A stretch of 63,800 bases of DNA, the filler included, from Octopus bimaculoides (Eukaryota), in NCBI RefSeq assembly GCF_001194135.2. It is 9 parts of 9 records of this genome, joined end to end, with 100 filler letters (N's around TTAATTAATTAA, not from the genome) between each part and the next. Parts side by side here need not be neighbours in the genome. Positions count along the whole stretch, not along the records: positions 8,521 to 22,389 come from NC_068984.1; positions 22,490 to 32,508 come from NC_068995.1; 7 more parts are not named here. One strand, 5' to 3'. Every line of letters starts with the position of its first letter. The first letter of the stretch is position 1. The translations under genes were made by a program, and so were the position numbers. Under the pieces are notes generated by a model. It did no database searches, was not told the origin of the DNA, and saw only the letters and a list, made by a program, of their open reading frames with translations. Shown here piece after piece: positions 10,346 to 24,714 of the stretch.

Positions 10346-13300
10346 NNNNNNNNNNNNNNNNNNNNNNNNNNNNNNNNNNNNNNNNNNNNNNNNNNNNNNN
10401 NNNNNNNNNNNNNNNNNNNNNNNNNNNNNNNNNNNNNNNNNNNNNNNNNNNNNNNNNNNNNNNNNNNNNNNNNNNNNNNNNNNNNNNNNNNNNNNNNNNN
10501 NNNNNNNNNNNNNNNNNNNNNNNNNNNNNNNNNNNNNNNNNNNNNNNNNNNNNNNNNNNNNNNNNNNNNNNNNNNNNNNNNNNNNNNNNNNNNNNNNNNN
10601 NNNNNNNNNNNNNNNNNNNNNNNNNNNNNNNNTATATTATATGCATATAGATAAACATATGCATAATGGTGCTTGTTTTTATGTCAAGTTATAATAAAAC
10701 GATTTAAGTTTTAACTGAATAAGCACATTATAATTCTTTTTTGTAGTGTACATTTTTATTAAACTTTTACAGAATGAGATGTAGCAGTGACTTCGAAGTT
10801 TCGACCGGCTATTTTTCGCCGGACTGTATATAGTTGAGGTGAAAGCTATGACAGTCATGTTTTAAGGGAAAGAAATCAGTAAAGTAGTTGTTGTATACTG
10901 ATTTCAACTGGGAATTAAAACATTTTTACTCTTTTGGTATGATAGGAGATTAACACTTGTTGAACATCTGTCTTTAACGTGCAAATATTCATCCAGTATC
11001 GTAAAAAAAATAAAATATAAAATAAAAATAAGACAAAAAGAAAGAGAAAGAAAACAATCTTAATGCCTCGATAGAGCAAACCAAATTCCTTTTAAACCGT
11101 TTATATACCTGTCCTCAGTTGTGATAATTGTAACTAACAAAACAACTAAAATATTGTGAAATATTTTACGTCACTTAAACCGAGCAGGTTTTACATATGA
11201 AAAGGAATTAAATTCGCACTTATACTGTGTAACACCTCACATAACTTCCATTAACTACGAGCAAACTTCGAGAGGTATATGATGGATATTTAATGGACAA
11301 TTAAACCTAATTGAGAAATAAAAGCTTATAAATTGCCTACAAATAAAAATGTCCTTTCGACAACTATACATGGACAAGTATGTGTTGCTTCACGTTGTTA
11401 TAACTGCCAGAATTTGTTAGTTCCATAAAATATATTATTCCCAAAGCGTTGCACCTAGTAACTTCAATAAACGGTCGGATATACTGATATCTAATATCCA
11501 ACGTTTTATATTTATATCCATTTGATTTCTTCCACGATGACAATAATAGAGATGAAGAGGGGGTAAACGTTGGTTGATAAAATCGGAGATAATAGTAGCA
11601 ATAGTAGTGTTACTGCGTTAATCAGTCGATGATGATGGGAAAATTCTATTCTCCTAATCGAAACAAACTGCAATTAACTTCAAGTGAAGAGTAATAGATT
11701 TAAGATATATATCAAGTACTGCTTGATAGCACTGAATCACACTGCAACAAGTTAAGGAACTTAAATGATAAAATATGCATATCCGCGTAACCTTTTTAAT
11801 ATGTGAAATTACTACGCAATATAAAAATAGTGCAGGTTTACAATCGTTTAGCATTATACAAACAGTAATTTTATGAAATTTTGAATTAATAAGAATGAAT
11901 GTAATAAGCAAGTGAAAACTGAATATTTCCAAAGGCATGCTTGTAATAATTGAATAAAATGGAGTACAAAAATGGTAAATTACTTTGCGCTAAATGACTT
12001 GTTCATTTCATCAGTATTCTGTTGTTCTTTTTTCTTTAATTGGAAACGAATTGTGACCGCGGTAACATTTAATGATGAAGCATTACAAATGCAATAAATT
12101 TTAGGATAACTTTTTCGCATAATTTCAAATAATTATCAGATCACCTTTGAAGTGAGGTGAATACTTATTGTTTCATTTTTTTTTTTTTTTTCACCCATCG
12201 GTAATTTGATTCCAGCTATGAATCGAAAGTGTGTCACGGCTCGAATTTTCCAAGAACATATCAAAGAACCACTTCATTTATAACGATCTAATAGCTACAC
12301 ACATAATTATAAAGACACAATATTAAAGAATAAGGGATTGAGATGGTGATTGTTATTTCTAAATCATGGTTTCTATGATACAAAAATTTAGATTTTATCG
12401 TCTTCTTTTATGTGAAGTCACCTCAGAAAATTGAAACGGTGGTCAGTATTTCTTGTAAGAACAAGGCCATTTTCAAATTACGATACCTAACTACGAGATC
12501 ACCAAACTCTCTGCGTTCATAACTTTATCCACTTGTATCTCAGACAATCTACTTTCGTCGAGACATAAAAACGTAACTTAGAATACGCACTTTAACTATA
12601 TTTAGCTTATATCTATTCCTAGTCATACGGATGTTAGATCTTGGGGACAGAAAGACAGGATAACTGATAAGAAATGCAGTAAAATTCCACAAATAAATTC
12701 AAATTAATTAATGCAGTAATTAAACTCGAGCTACCTTGACTAATTGTAATGGCTTATTTTAAACATGAACAAAAGTGGTGTGCTGGAAGGATAGTGTTGT
12801 GACGACAGTCACGACCCCCCCCCCCCGCAAGAAAAGACTTGACCGAACGGCTAAAAATAGTAGCGGTATGAGTGAGAGAGAGAGAGAGTAAGTAGGTGTT
12901 AATAGAAGGAAGTGGCAAGGTGTCTCGTTTTGGCATTTGGGTAATGTTCTCCAAACTAAAAGTTGGTCTGCAGAACGTTTTTGTAACTTAGATCCACTCA
13001 CACATTTCTACCAAAGAACATGATTTTTCTGCCTTTGATTGCAATTAACAGCATAGTTTTCTTTGCTTGCTATTTCTTGCATTGTTATCTCTGTTGTCGT
13101 TTTAACAAACCAGACCAGATAGAAGTAGACATACGTTCAGTTTCAGATGTTCCATGCGTAAGCGTCACCTTTTTTTTTCGGGAATACATTAGCTAATGTG
13201 TCCTTCGTTTTTCACACAGTCAGGCATTATTTCTAGGAAATTGGTCTACTACTACTAAAGAGAGAGAGTAAGTTTGCATCATTTTTAAACATAAGTGTGT

Positions 13301-13388
13301 AGGAACATGACTAACAGAGTATAAATAAGCATCAACTAAAACTACAGGTACTAACAACTATTGTCTTTGTTGCAGTACTTGACAGTAG

Positions 13389-13770
13389 AGGCGCAATGGC
13401 CCTGTGGTTAGGGCAGCGGACTCGCGGTCATAGGATCGCGGTTTCGATTCCCAGACCGGGCGTTGTGAGTGTTTATTGAGCGAAAACACCTAAAAGCTCC
13501 ACGAGGCTCCGGCAGGGGGTGGTGGCGAACCCTGCTGTACTCTTTCACCACAACTTTCTCTCACTCTTTCTTCCTGTTTCTGTTGTGCTTGTAATTCAAA
13601 CGGTCAGCCTTGTCACACCGTGTCACGCTGAATATCCCCGAGAACTACGTTAAAGGTACACGTGTCTGTGGAGTGCTCAGTCACTAGCAAGTTAATTTCA
13701 AGAGCAGGCTGTTCCGTTGATCGGATCAACTAGAACCTTCGACATCATAAGCGACGGAGTGCCAATACAA
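13389..13770 (+). mobile_element. tRNA-derived SINE family C, near full length
   Basis: A-box TGGCCCTGTGG and B-box GGTTTCGATTCC; its 3' body GTGTCTGTGGAGTGCTCAG...GGATCAAC is shared with 27672-27970. Confidence 0.85.
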
Positions 13771-14419
13771 GTACTTGACAGGGCTTGAGTTCATAAACAA
13801 CCCATGTTACTACTTCTGCTATTTTGTTTAATTCATTTATTGGTTTTCGGTATTGAACGGCTGCCATGCAAGGTTATTACCTTCAAGGGATTTTTTTTAG
13901 TCAATTACAACTTCAGTCTTTAGTTACATGCGCGCGTGCTTATACAATATATACGTCTATTGAATTACATCCCTTTATGGAATCTCTTTCTACTCAAATT
14001 CAAACAGACACACAGTAAAATACGTACAGATAATCTAGATCATTTAGGTTTAGGTTATTATTGCTCCAGACCTTGTCTAATTGTATAGGACTACATGGAG
14101 CAGTCTTTTAAGTTATGTTTTAGGACATATAACTCACTGGGATAGGGAGTTGTTGTTCACCTAGATGTTTCCGAGTGTCAGTGGTTTGTCTGGGTATTTC
14201 TTGGAGGAATTTGTCAAGGTACCATTTGAATCTCTTTTTTTTTTCTTTTACTTCTTACAGAATAATGTTAGATCAAGAACAAGTTGCGGTCAAAGATGTA
14301 TCACCGTGTTATAAGAGAGGGAGAGAGAGAGAGAGAAACAGAAAGATTTTAGGAAACAGACGAAGAGATATCACTTAATGAATCTAGTACTTATTTGTAC
14401 GTAAATTAAAGTAGCAATG

Positions 14420-15010
14420 AAATGACTGGAGTTGGCAACGTCGGATCAGCCGAAGGCTGCAACTATTTCAGCAATAAAAATTCTGAACATGAAAATGAGA
14501 GTACAATGTTAGCAACCTCGTAGTCCTTGAATTGGCCAAAGCGAACAGCATCGAGAATATCATCATCACATAATGTCTCAGATGAGCAGGTCACGTCCAC
14601 TACGTCACTAGCACCAGGCTGCCACGACAAATTCTTTGTAAAGCGCTCTGCGCGCTGCTTCATAAATTTCATAGAAACGTTTCATAGACTAACTGAAACA
14701 TACGATGAAGAGTTTCAACATCACCCCTAAATCCTGTGAACAACACGCTGAAGACAGATCAACATAGTATCACATAATCAAGATTGGTGTAGAGCATTTC
14801 GAAGACCATCGTCTGAGAAATGAAGGGAATAAGATGAAAGATCCACCAACTTCAACCAAGGACTCCATCGACGATCTGGTGTGACCTCTGTCGAAAAATG
14901 TTCCATGCAAACATCATTCTCGCTAGCCATCAGAGACATCGACAAAAATGGGAAACTGCAGAGAAAAAAGAAAGAAAAACAAATTCGAAAAAGAGGAAGA
15001 ACTGACGACG
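14420..15010 (+). mobile_element. Decayed RTE-clade LINE C-terminal region
   Basis: SNLVVLELAKANSIENIIIT*CLR*AGHVHYVTSTRLPRQIL matches the RTE thumb region. The terminal WCDLCRKMFHANIILASHQRH is a C2H2-like finger. Multiple stops. Confidence 0.8.
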
Positions 15011-16944
15011 AAGAAACAACTGGATATTGGTGTTAAACTTCTTTACAAAGTTATATATTTATTATTAATGCCGTAGCTTATATTACTATCTTTAGATAGT
15101 TTCTATGTGATGATTAATTTAATGCAAACGGTTTACGCTCTTATTTTACGTGAGTGATATGAGATTATTTACTAACAACTTTTAAGGAGTACAATCTTGA
15201 AAGGCCTTCATTTAACACATGCCCCTGAATCTATATTCGTTGCTCATCCATAGTTCTTTTTGTGTTCATATGAGAATCCCACATAAGTTAAACGATATAC
15301 ACATCCGTTAAAACCAAAAACTAATTCTGTAACCACGCAGCCATTTTGATGCTGCTGTATTTCTTTTTAAAATTTCTATTACCTTTATACCGTAGTCCTT
15401 CAAGCAAGTTTAGAGACAATGTATTCTGTATACAACGATTGAACGTGAAATATTTCCAAAACAAATATTTCCTTATTAAGCATAATAATGTACGAATTAC
15501 ATAGACACCAGATGAGGAAAATGTCTCAACAGTTTTTAATATGAGAAATATTGTTTGAAGATATTAAACATCTAATTAAACTGTCAAGAGATGTAAACGC
15601 GATATTTCTAGCGCTAATTCATGTCATTGGTCAACTTATGGCATATATGAAAGAATTAGAAAAGATATACACTGCTGTGAGTGTTAAAAAACCGAATTAT
15701 TGGAATATATAACGCAATTGACAAGGAAAAACGAAATAGTTAAGAGTGGTTATTGAAGCTACAGTCGACATACGCTAGTTATATCTTCATGTTTTAATTT
15801 AAATTCCATAATATCAGAAACAAACCTTCTAGAACAGGAGAAGCAGTAATGCAAATATTATATGTTCAGTCTAAATTTAGGATGGTAAACATTTTCAAAC
15901 ATGTCTTAAACTTGGTTGTGATTAATGATTCGTTTGTATGGAAAAACTAATGAAACTATTTGTCAGTATTAACGATTCAAATTATTTACGTACAATGGAC
16001 AGATATATTAGGATTTGTTACTGTATAAATATAAGCCAGTTCTCAATGAAAATACTCGTGATCATACCTTAACTATCTCCTCGTCTTTCCAAACAGTAGA
16101 ATGTAATGAAGGAAATATGGTGTATATATTAAAAGCGGGTCGAGCAACCGCCTAAAGGCGCCCTCCATGGCTGAAAATATAAGTAGTAAAATTTGTTGAG
16201 AAAACAACAGTAAATGGCGAAATAATCAATACTTAAAAAAGTGATAAGTAGCTTCGATTTATATCGGCAATGTAAACATGGGCCAAATAAGTTTTAATGT
16301 ATTTTTGACAATGCATTTTGAAAAATATGATACAGGTACACGTATATATATATATATNNNNNNNNNNNNNNNNNNNNNNNNNNNNNNNNNNNNNNNNNNN
16401 NNNNNNNNNNNNNNNNNNNNNNNNNNNNNNNNNNNNNNNNNNNNNNNNNNNNNNNNNNNNNNNNNNNNNNNNNNNNNNNNNNNNNNNNNNNNNNNNNNNN
16501 NNNNNNNNNNNNNNNNNNNNNNNNNNNNNNNNNNNNNNNNNNNNNNNNNNNNNNNNNNNNNNNNNNNNNNNNNNNNNNNNNNNNNNNNNNNNNNNNNNNN
16601 NNNNNNNNNNNNNNNNNNNNNNNNNNNNNNNNNNNNNNNNNNNNNNNNNNNNNNNNNNNNNNNNNNNNNNNNNNNNNNNNNNNNNNNNNNNNNNNNNNNN
16701 NNNNNNNNNNNNNNNNNNNNNNNNNNNNNNNNNNNNNNNNNNNNNNNNNNNNNNNNNNNNNNNNNNNNNNNNNNNNNNNNNNNNNNNNNNNNNNNNNNNN
16801 NNNNNNNNNNNNNNNNNNNNNNNNNNNNNNNNNNNNNNNNNNNNNNNNNATATATTACGTATACTATGTATAAAATATACGCTACATACTTAATTTGTAT
16901 TCACTTATTGTATTGAATGGAAGTTGTGGTGTTGACGTAGTTGT

Positions 16945-16988
<44 letters not shown>

Positions 16989-19099
16989 ATCAATATATAT
17001 AATTATTCTTGCCTGCCATACACACACATTCACATACAAGCTCACTCACACATGCTGACAATGGCGCTCTGTCGTATTCGAAGATAGTGCCTTGACTAGA
17101 GGCTATTGCATAGCAAAATCGCAGGAGTCGTCTTCAAAAATCGACTTCCTGAGGGGATTTTATATGGACGTATCTTTCTGTTTCAATAATGATTTATATT
17201 AAAGGAGAGGCTTAGAAATATAAGATAATTCACAAAGTATGGCATTTTGTAATAGTTGAATGATGTGAATGCTTTGAACCAGCAAGCACACACTACCCTG
17301 CTAATTACTTTAGGTTATTAAGTTCTTCTATCTATGAAATAATCAGTGGTATCAGAGGCGTAAGTTTCCAGCATTCTAACCCAGGAATTATTTATAGATC
17401 ATATGAAGGAGAAAGATTTTTCTTAGGAGAAATCTTATTTTAAAAATACCTAGAAGTTATTAATTATATACTACAGCGTTACATGTCTTATGACGGGTAA
17501 CTTTGGAACTTCGGCAGTATATTTTGCCACCATGGGCAATAGGAAATATATCTTTAAAATTTTAATTGTTTCAGTCATTTGATGCAGCTATGCTGGTGCA
17601 TTGACTTGTAGAATTTTTTAAAGCCTGGTGCTTATTCTACCGGATCCACAAGAGTTAACAAGTGAAACAGAGACAGGCAGAAACGAGAAAAATGCCGCTG
17701 TTACTTGAATACTACACAAATGTGTCTTTAAAAAGGCTTTTCTTTTAAATCTACCAAAATTTAATTTTTTATTAATTTTTCAAAAATCTATTATTCATAT
17801 TTACTGNNNNNNNNNNGATAGATATGTATAGAAAGATGCAGGCAGAGAATATGTATGTTTTTTAAGTAGTATTATTTCTGCACATGCGCAAAGAAACCTA
17901 ACACTAATACTGGCAAACACTTGTTTCCTATATATCAGTTGGCAGAGTTTGTGGCATTGGAAAGATAAAAAGAAGGAATGATACAGAAGCGATTTGAAGA
18001 ACGCATTTGAGAACAGGTGAATGCAGGTAATCATCGCATTCTTGACAACCATATAAAATACATACACACTACAGAGGATAGCATGTTTGTTTGTGTAAAC
18101 ACACACACACACACACACACATACACACACACACACACATACACACACACACACATACACACATACACANNNNNNNNNNNNNNNNNNNNNNNNNNNNNNN
18201 NNNNNNNNNNNNNNNNNNNNNNNNNNNNNNNNNNNNNNNNNNNNNNNNNNNNNNNNNNNNNNNNNNNNNNNNNNNNNNNNNNNNNNNNNNNNNNNNNNNN
18301 NNNNNNNNNNNNNNNNNNNNNNNNNNNNNNNNNNNNNNNNNNNNNNNNNNNNNNNNNNNNNNNNNNNNNNNNNNNNNNNNNNNNNNNNNNNNNNNNNNNN
18401 NNNNNNNNNNNNNNNNNNNNNNNNNNNNNNNNNNNNNNNNNNNNNNNNNNNNNNNNNNNNNNNNNNNNNNNNNNNNNNNNNNNNNNNNNNNNNNNNNNNN
18501 NNNNNNNNNNNNNNNNNNNNNNNNNNNNNNATATATATATATATAAACTCATACCTCCACATGTATATATATTTATGCATGTATATACATGTGTTCGTTT
18601 GAATATGAAATAACTTTGAAACAGAATCTTTACAAAAAAAGTTTCTTGCAGACGAATATAAAAAAAGAAAAATTAGTTTCTTTATTCGGTTTGAATATTC
18701 CTCCAAAACGTTCTTCGTTAGAATAATGAGTCTGCCACCATATTATATTTGTCAAATCCACTTTATATCCTACAACTTCTGAAGAGTGATTGTATGTACA
18801 ACGTTACAACCGAGTTTTAAATAACAAAACAGAACAATGGTGAAAGACGTAAAAATAAATAAAATTAAGAATAATGTACTAAAACGACGTTAGACGCTTA
18901 TTGAAACACTGGCCTATACAAGATATGCTCGACTGTGGCAATGTAAATAAAAAATGGACCTCCGTCAGTGTCAGCCATGAGGATTCAGTTTTGTGATCAA
19001 GTGAAATGCTTTTTGTTGCTCATTGAGCTTATGTTTTTAATTGATTGAGTATTCTACATGCATGACTAAACCATAACGTAATCTTCAGGCAGAATCAAT

Positions 19100-19730
19100 A
19101 TGATACGGTGCGTGACGAGTTATGTGACAATGTATGCGACACAGCGATTAACAAGGTGTCTGTTAGTATGTAGCAAGGTGTGTGACGTAGCGTGTGAGAC
19201 AGCGCGTGGTACGATATGTAACACTGTGTGACGAGGTTTGTATAGCCCAGTATGTAACGAAATGGGACACGGTGTGTAACAAGCTGTGTTACACGGTGTG
19301 TGAAAAGATGTGTGGCATTATGTTTAACAAGATGTGTGAAGGAATATGTGACACGGTGTATAACAAGATCTGTGACAATGTACTTGATAATGTATATGAC
19401 AAGGAATGTGATATGTTGTGCCACAAGGTCTGTTACACAGTTTCTAACAGGTGTGACAAAGTGTCTCATAACATGTGCAATAGTGTTTGAGATGTAGTAT
19501 GTGACACTTTGTAACGAAGTGTTTGATAAACTCTATTGTGCGGTGGATGTCACAGTATATTATGATATGGGCGATAGAGTGTGTGACACGGTGTGTCACA
19601 AGGTGAAGGACAGTGTGTATAACAAAGTATATATGTGACACAGTGTGCAGCTATGTGAGTGACACGATGAGTGATGCGTCCGTAACTCGGTGAGACAAGA
19701 TAAATGATACGATGTTTAACACGTTAGGTG
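19100..19730. repeat. Degenerate 12-bp minisatellite (consensus about GTGTGACA(C/A)GGT)
   Basis: Phase is kept over at least 14 consecutive units (GTGTAACAAGCT, GTGTTACACGGT, GTGTGAAAAGAT, GTTTAACAAGAT, ATGTGACACGGT...). Confidence 0.85.
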
Positions 19731-19974
19731 GCAGTAGGTATGACAACGAACTGCCGCACAGTTTCTCTTTAGCCATGGTTGGATTGGCCCACAGAAAATA
19801 GTAAACGATACAGGCTTAAGATGCGATCTAGTGGAATGGAATGAAGGTGTTTGGTGATTGAAATGCGAACTTATGAAGCATACGCCCATGCTGCATCAAA
19901 GAAGAAACATATGGATGATTGAATATACATCCTGGATGAAAATGAGATGAAAGGTATCACAATATAAGGAGAGA

Positions 19975-20500
19975 AACGATTCTGCCAGCTCACCCCTTTC
20001 TTTCAGCAGTTTCTGGAGGCGGGTAAGTCGATTACAACGACCCTCGTACTTTACTGTCAAAAGATGTATGGCAAAGTTGGCCTCAGTGGAATTTGAGCTT
20101 GGAACGTAAATAGTCAAAAAGAATTACCGCTGAGCATTTTGTCCGACGCGCCACCGATTCATCCAGCTCACCACGTGAGTTTTCTATTGCATCAAAATTC
20201 TACAAAGGTCAATTTTGCTTTTAATCTATCGGTACTTCATTAAAATAGGTATAAAATTTTCTCGACAAGGACTTAATTTAATGCGTTATTAAATTAATTA
20301 AGGCAGAGTTGGCAGTCATCTGCACGCCATGCAAAATGTTTAGCGGTAGTTCCTCTTTTTTGTACCTTCTCAGTTCAAACTCCACCAAGGTCTACTTTGC
20401 TGTAATCCTCTCAGGGTCGATAAAATAAATACCAGTTAAGCACTAGGATCGATGTAATCGACTTCCCTCCCTAAATTTCTAGCTTTGTGTCTATATTAGA
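19975..20500. mobile_element. Two diverged SINE family A copies in opposite orientation
   Basis: Minus copy at about 19975-20170 and plus copy at about 20305-20500. Confidence 0.65.
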
Positions 20501-21379
20501 GAGGATTATTAGATTGGAAAACGAAATATAGAGGTAATTTCTGAGAAAATAATTCATATTATTCGCTTTGGTAATGGTAGCAGAGATATCACTGGAACTA
20601 TAATACCTGGTGAGCTGTCTTTAATTATTTCATTTCTATATTAGAATATTATCAATTATCTGTATTTGTATAAAATGTTAGTAGCCTAAGGACTCTTTCG
20701 GTTTTTCATTCCTTTCTAAAATATTTAAAATGAAAAACCAGCAAAATATTGGCCTTTCGCCATTTGTTTGATTCAAACGTTTCAACTAAAGATATTGAGC
20801 TAGTGGTTTAGCAAAGGCGTCAATATTATCAGCTTCTATTTCCTTTCTTTCATGTTGTTCAGTAGTTACTTCTCTGTTTTTGAATGAATAGACTTCATCT
20901 GAGCACGACATGGAGAAGTATCAAAGTTGGATTATATGCTTATCAATGTCACATATAAATCATTCGATCTCGTCCATGAATATATATGAAGCATTCTCAG
21001 TGAATTTGATCATTCAGAGTTGCAATATAGCTTGGATTCTTACTCGAGAAAATGGTATTGTCAAATTTCAATCTAACGGCTGTCGTCTTTTTCACCAAAC
21101 ATTTAATTACATCGAACGCTGTAGAATAGAGAAATTCTGTCGGCGAGCTAATTCATGCTTCTTCAAGTGCTTATACTTGTGCACATACACATTTTCTCTC
21201 TTTCTTTCTCTCTTTATCTTTCTCCCTCCTTCTTTCCAGGTCTTTTGTACACACACTTACACACATGCATGTACATAGAAGATATGTATATACACATACA
21301 TTTATATGTGAGTGTGTACATATATATATTTATGCGTGTGTGTGTGAACCCAAATTAACGTGGATGTTGTGTTAGAACA

Positions 21380-21745
21380 TCGAATACTGCGTTTTTACGA
21401 AAGCAGAGCTCTCTTATGGACGCATGGTTGGCAGACGAGAACCGTCTGCTACAGACCTCCGTGTTGAATCTAAACCAGCGTGGGATGATGGATGGAGGCA
21501 TAACGTCGCCATCGATAGTGATCGCTCCAAACACTATGATGTTGACTGGATGTTTGATTTTTATCACTCTCAGTACATGTCTTCAGATTACATTGTCATC
21601 AGATGGACCCCCAAACACTCTGAAATATTACTATTGGAGCTTCCAGCGTGAACGCCAAGCAGTACAGAATGTCGTTTCCAAATTTCTGAAGGGGAAATGT
21701 TTTCCTGGTATTAAAATGTAGTAACATAGTTCTGTACAGAACAGC
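21380..21745 (-). mobile_element. Internally deleted DD37D (maT-type) Tc1/mariner remnant
   Basis: Minus strand reads SEIWKRHSVLLGVHAGSSNSNISECLG joined to VIKIKHPVNIIVFGAITIDGDVMPP; homologous to 51091-51890. Confidence 0.8.
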
Positions 21746-21769
21746 CACTATACGTGTGTGTGTGTGTGT

Positions 21770-22290
21770 TATTTCTTGTTAACGTTTTGATCTTCGTTGA
21801 AGTTCCAGAAAAACCAAATCAAACCTACTTCTGCTGGATTTTTTCGGTTTGTTTAAGAGCCTTTCAGATCTGTTGTAGTGATTTTCTTTTGCTTTTTGAC
21901 ATTACCTCATCATATAAAACTTATATCTTATGTCTCCATGTACAACATTTCTGACTGTTTCTTCTGACTCATGGAGATGTTTTGAAATTGACCTCATGGA
22001 ATTTCTGGGATTGTAATTAACGTTCTGTTGAACTTTCTGGATAAATTCAGGTGTTCTGGCGATTTTAGAGCGTTTAGAATGCTTTTTCTGCTTTGATGCA
22101 GGTGAGACATTTCCATTTTCAATCTCTTCAGTCTATCTCTTTACAAATTTTGTAGACGAAAGATCTTAGAACTTTTAAAACTCGAGATATTCCTAAATCG
22201 CTATGCTCAGCCTTTATAACCACAATAACAGCATGCTTCTTCATTTCTAGAGTAAGCTGCCTGCCATTACCGTTTTCTGAAACAAAGATT
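21770..22290 (-). mobile_element. Decayed maT-type transposase N-terminal half
   Basis: GRQLTLEMKKHAVIVVIKAEHSDLGISRVLKV...RTPEFIQKVQQNVNYNPRNSMRSISKHLHESEETVRNVVHGDIRYKFYMMR*...GLIWFFWNFDEDQ: paired-like HTH region running into the first catalytic-D region; frameshifted. Confidence 0.8.
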
Positions 22291-23018
22291 ATGCAGAGTT
22301 AGCAAAAAATGCAGCAATGACCCCCCCAAAAAGGTATGTCCTCAAATACCTTACGCACCCTGTATATGTGTGTATATATATGTATGTATNNNNNNNNNNN
22401 NNNNNNNNNNNNNNNNNNNNNNNNNNNNNNNNNTTAATTAATTAANNNNNNNNNNNNNNNNNNNNNNNNNNNNNNNNNNNNNNNNNNNNGCTGGAGAGAG
22501 GAATTCTTCCCCTCCCCCCTCTGCCGCCTTTCCTCCGTTACACTTCCTCTCCCCACTCTAGCATACATCTTTCGGGGGCTGGAGAGAGGAATTCTTCCCC
22601 TCCCCCCTCTTTCGCTCTTTCCCCTCCTCTTTCGCTCTCTCCCCTCCTCTTTCGCTCTCCCCTCCTTCTCTCTCACCTTTTCCTCTCTCTACCTTTCTTT
22701 TGTTACTTAATTCTCGCTCTCTCCCCTCCCCACTACCACTGCCACCACTATATCCACCTCTATATTTACTACTGACACCACTATCATCACCATCATCACT
22801 ACTACACCAAAACAACCACCATCATCATCACAATCACCAGCATCTGTAACAAATCTTTCGTGTTCTTATTTCTCTCTCTCTCTCTCTATCTATCTATCTC
22901 TCCCCCTCTCTCTCTCACTCTCTCTCTCTCTTATTCTCTCTGCCTCCCTCACTCATACACTTTATTTGCCTGTTTGTCTTCTGTTCTCACGTGTGTGTGT
23001 GTATGTGTGTGTTTTTCA

Positions 23019-23230
23019 GGCGGCGAGCTGGCAGAATCGTTAGCACGCCGGGCGAAATGCATAGCGGCATGTTGTCTGTCTTTACGTTCTGAGTTCAAAT
23101 TCCACCGAAGTCGACTTTGCCTTTCATCCTTTCGGGGTCGATAAATTAAGTACCAGTGGAACACTGGGGTCTATGTCAACGACTAGCCCTTTCCAACAAA
23201 TTCCAGGCCTTGTGCCTTTCGTAGAAAGAA
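23019..23230 (+). mobile_element. SINE family A (CpG-intact)
   Basis: GGCGGCGAGCTGGCAGAATCGTTAGCACGCCGGGCGAAATG...GGGGTCGATAAATTAAGTACCAG. Confidence 0.9.
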
Positions 23231-24127
23231 TTATGTATGCATGTATGTATGTATGTATGTATGTATGTATATATGTATGTATATATGCATGCCTGTAGGT
23301 GGGTAGGTATGCGTGTATATGTATATACCTTTATCTTTTATATGTTTCAGTCATTAGACTGCGGCCATGCTGGGGCACCGTCTTGGATGTATATGTAGTA
23401 TATGTATATGATAAATTCTGAGGTCGATTTGTTCGACTAAATCCCTCAAGGTGGCGCTCCAGTATGACCGCAGTTTAATGACAGACTCAATTAAAAGAGT
23501 AAAAGAACACACACGTGTACACACACGCGCGCTCACACACACATCCACATACGCACACATACACACATACATGTATACACAAACACATTTGTATATTTTT
23601 TTGTGACCGGCTGTGTATCTCTAACAATCTCGCTTCTTCTCCATCCGTGTACCTCCACCCCCCCCCGTCTAATTAGCCCCCCCCCTACTTACAACCTTCA
23701 CCCCCTAAACATCTGTACTGACTGACTTGACATTTCACAGGTACACAGTTGACATTCCAGATTATGGGCATACATAAATGCATACATACATACATGCATA
23801 TATACATACATTCGTACATACGGATACACAGACATATAAGGTAGGGCGGTTGGCCGGTTGGTTCGTTGGTTGGCTGGTAGGTAGACAGACAAGTTAGATA
23901 GGTAGGTAGATAAGTGGGTAGATGTGTAGGTACGTACGCACGTACGTTGGTAAGAAAACGGATATGCTGATATAGACACACACACACACACATATATATA
24001 AGTCATTATAAACAGCTAGGCGCAATATAATACCATAAAGGAAACCTTTTATCGTCACTAAATGTGACTGAGGGTACCGAACGTAGGTGCCGAACACACA
24101 CACACACACATGTATGTATGTATATAT

Positions 24128-24288
24128 AGGTGCAGGAGTGGCTGTGTGGTAAGTAGCTTGCTTACCAACCACATGGTTCTGGGTTCAGTCCCACTGCGTG
24201 GCACCTTGAGCAAGTGTCTTCTACTATATTCGGGCCGACCAAAGCCTTGTGAGTGGATTTGGTAGACGGAAACTGAAAGAAGCCCGTC

Positions 24289-24292
<4 letters not shown>
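24128..24292 (+). mobile_element. SINE family B
   Basis: GGTGCAGGAGTGGCTGTGTGGTAAGTAGCTTGC...GGGTTCAGTCCCACTGCG...GAAAGAAGCCCGTCG followed by (TA)n. Confidence 0.9.
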
Positions 24293-24342
<50 letters not shown>

Positions 24343-24714
24343 TAGATTCAGGTGAATATAGTACTTAAGTTTAGGCACCAGAATTTAGTATGGTATTATC
24401 CATACAGTTTCAAAATAAGGTAATTAAAATCAAAATAAGCAACAAGGATATCCAAAGTTAATGCAGTATGTCTTTGTGCAGCTGAAGATTGCTCTCCATT
24501 TTATATTTGATGTAATGTTTGCATTGTTTAATTAAATGGAGTTGCATGAAACGATCGTACTGCATTACCTCTGGATATCCTTGTTGCTTATTTCGATTTA
24601 GAGAGACAGAGACAGGCAGATAGACAGATTGATAAACTAATTTAAAAGAACGCGAATACATTTTCCCCATCATCATATTCTTTGTCATCATTATTGTCGT
24701 CGTAAACATTGTCC

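Noticed and set aside
10773-10833. Terminal coding exon MRCSSDFEVSTGYFSPDCI* after a good acceptor (CTTTTACAG)
   Set aside because: Only 20 codons, no recognisable motif and no supporting upstream exon.
14463-14672. Minus-strand ORF MKFMKQRAERF...
   Set aside because: It is the antisense of the decayed RTE frame on the + strand.
17939-17997. GRVCGIGKIKRR as an extra TSR exon
   Set aside because: Stop after 19 codons, no second Cys pattern and no in-frame donor.
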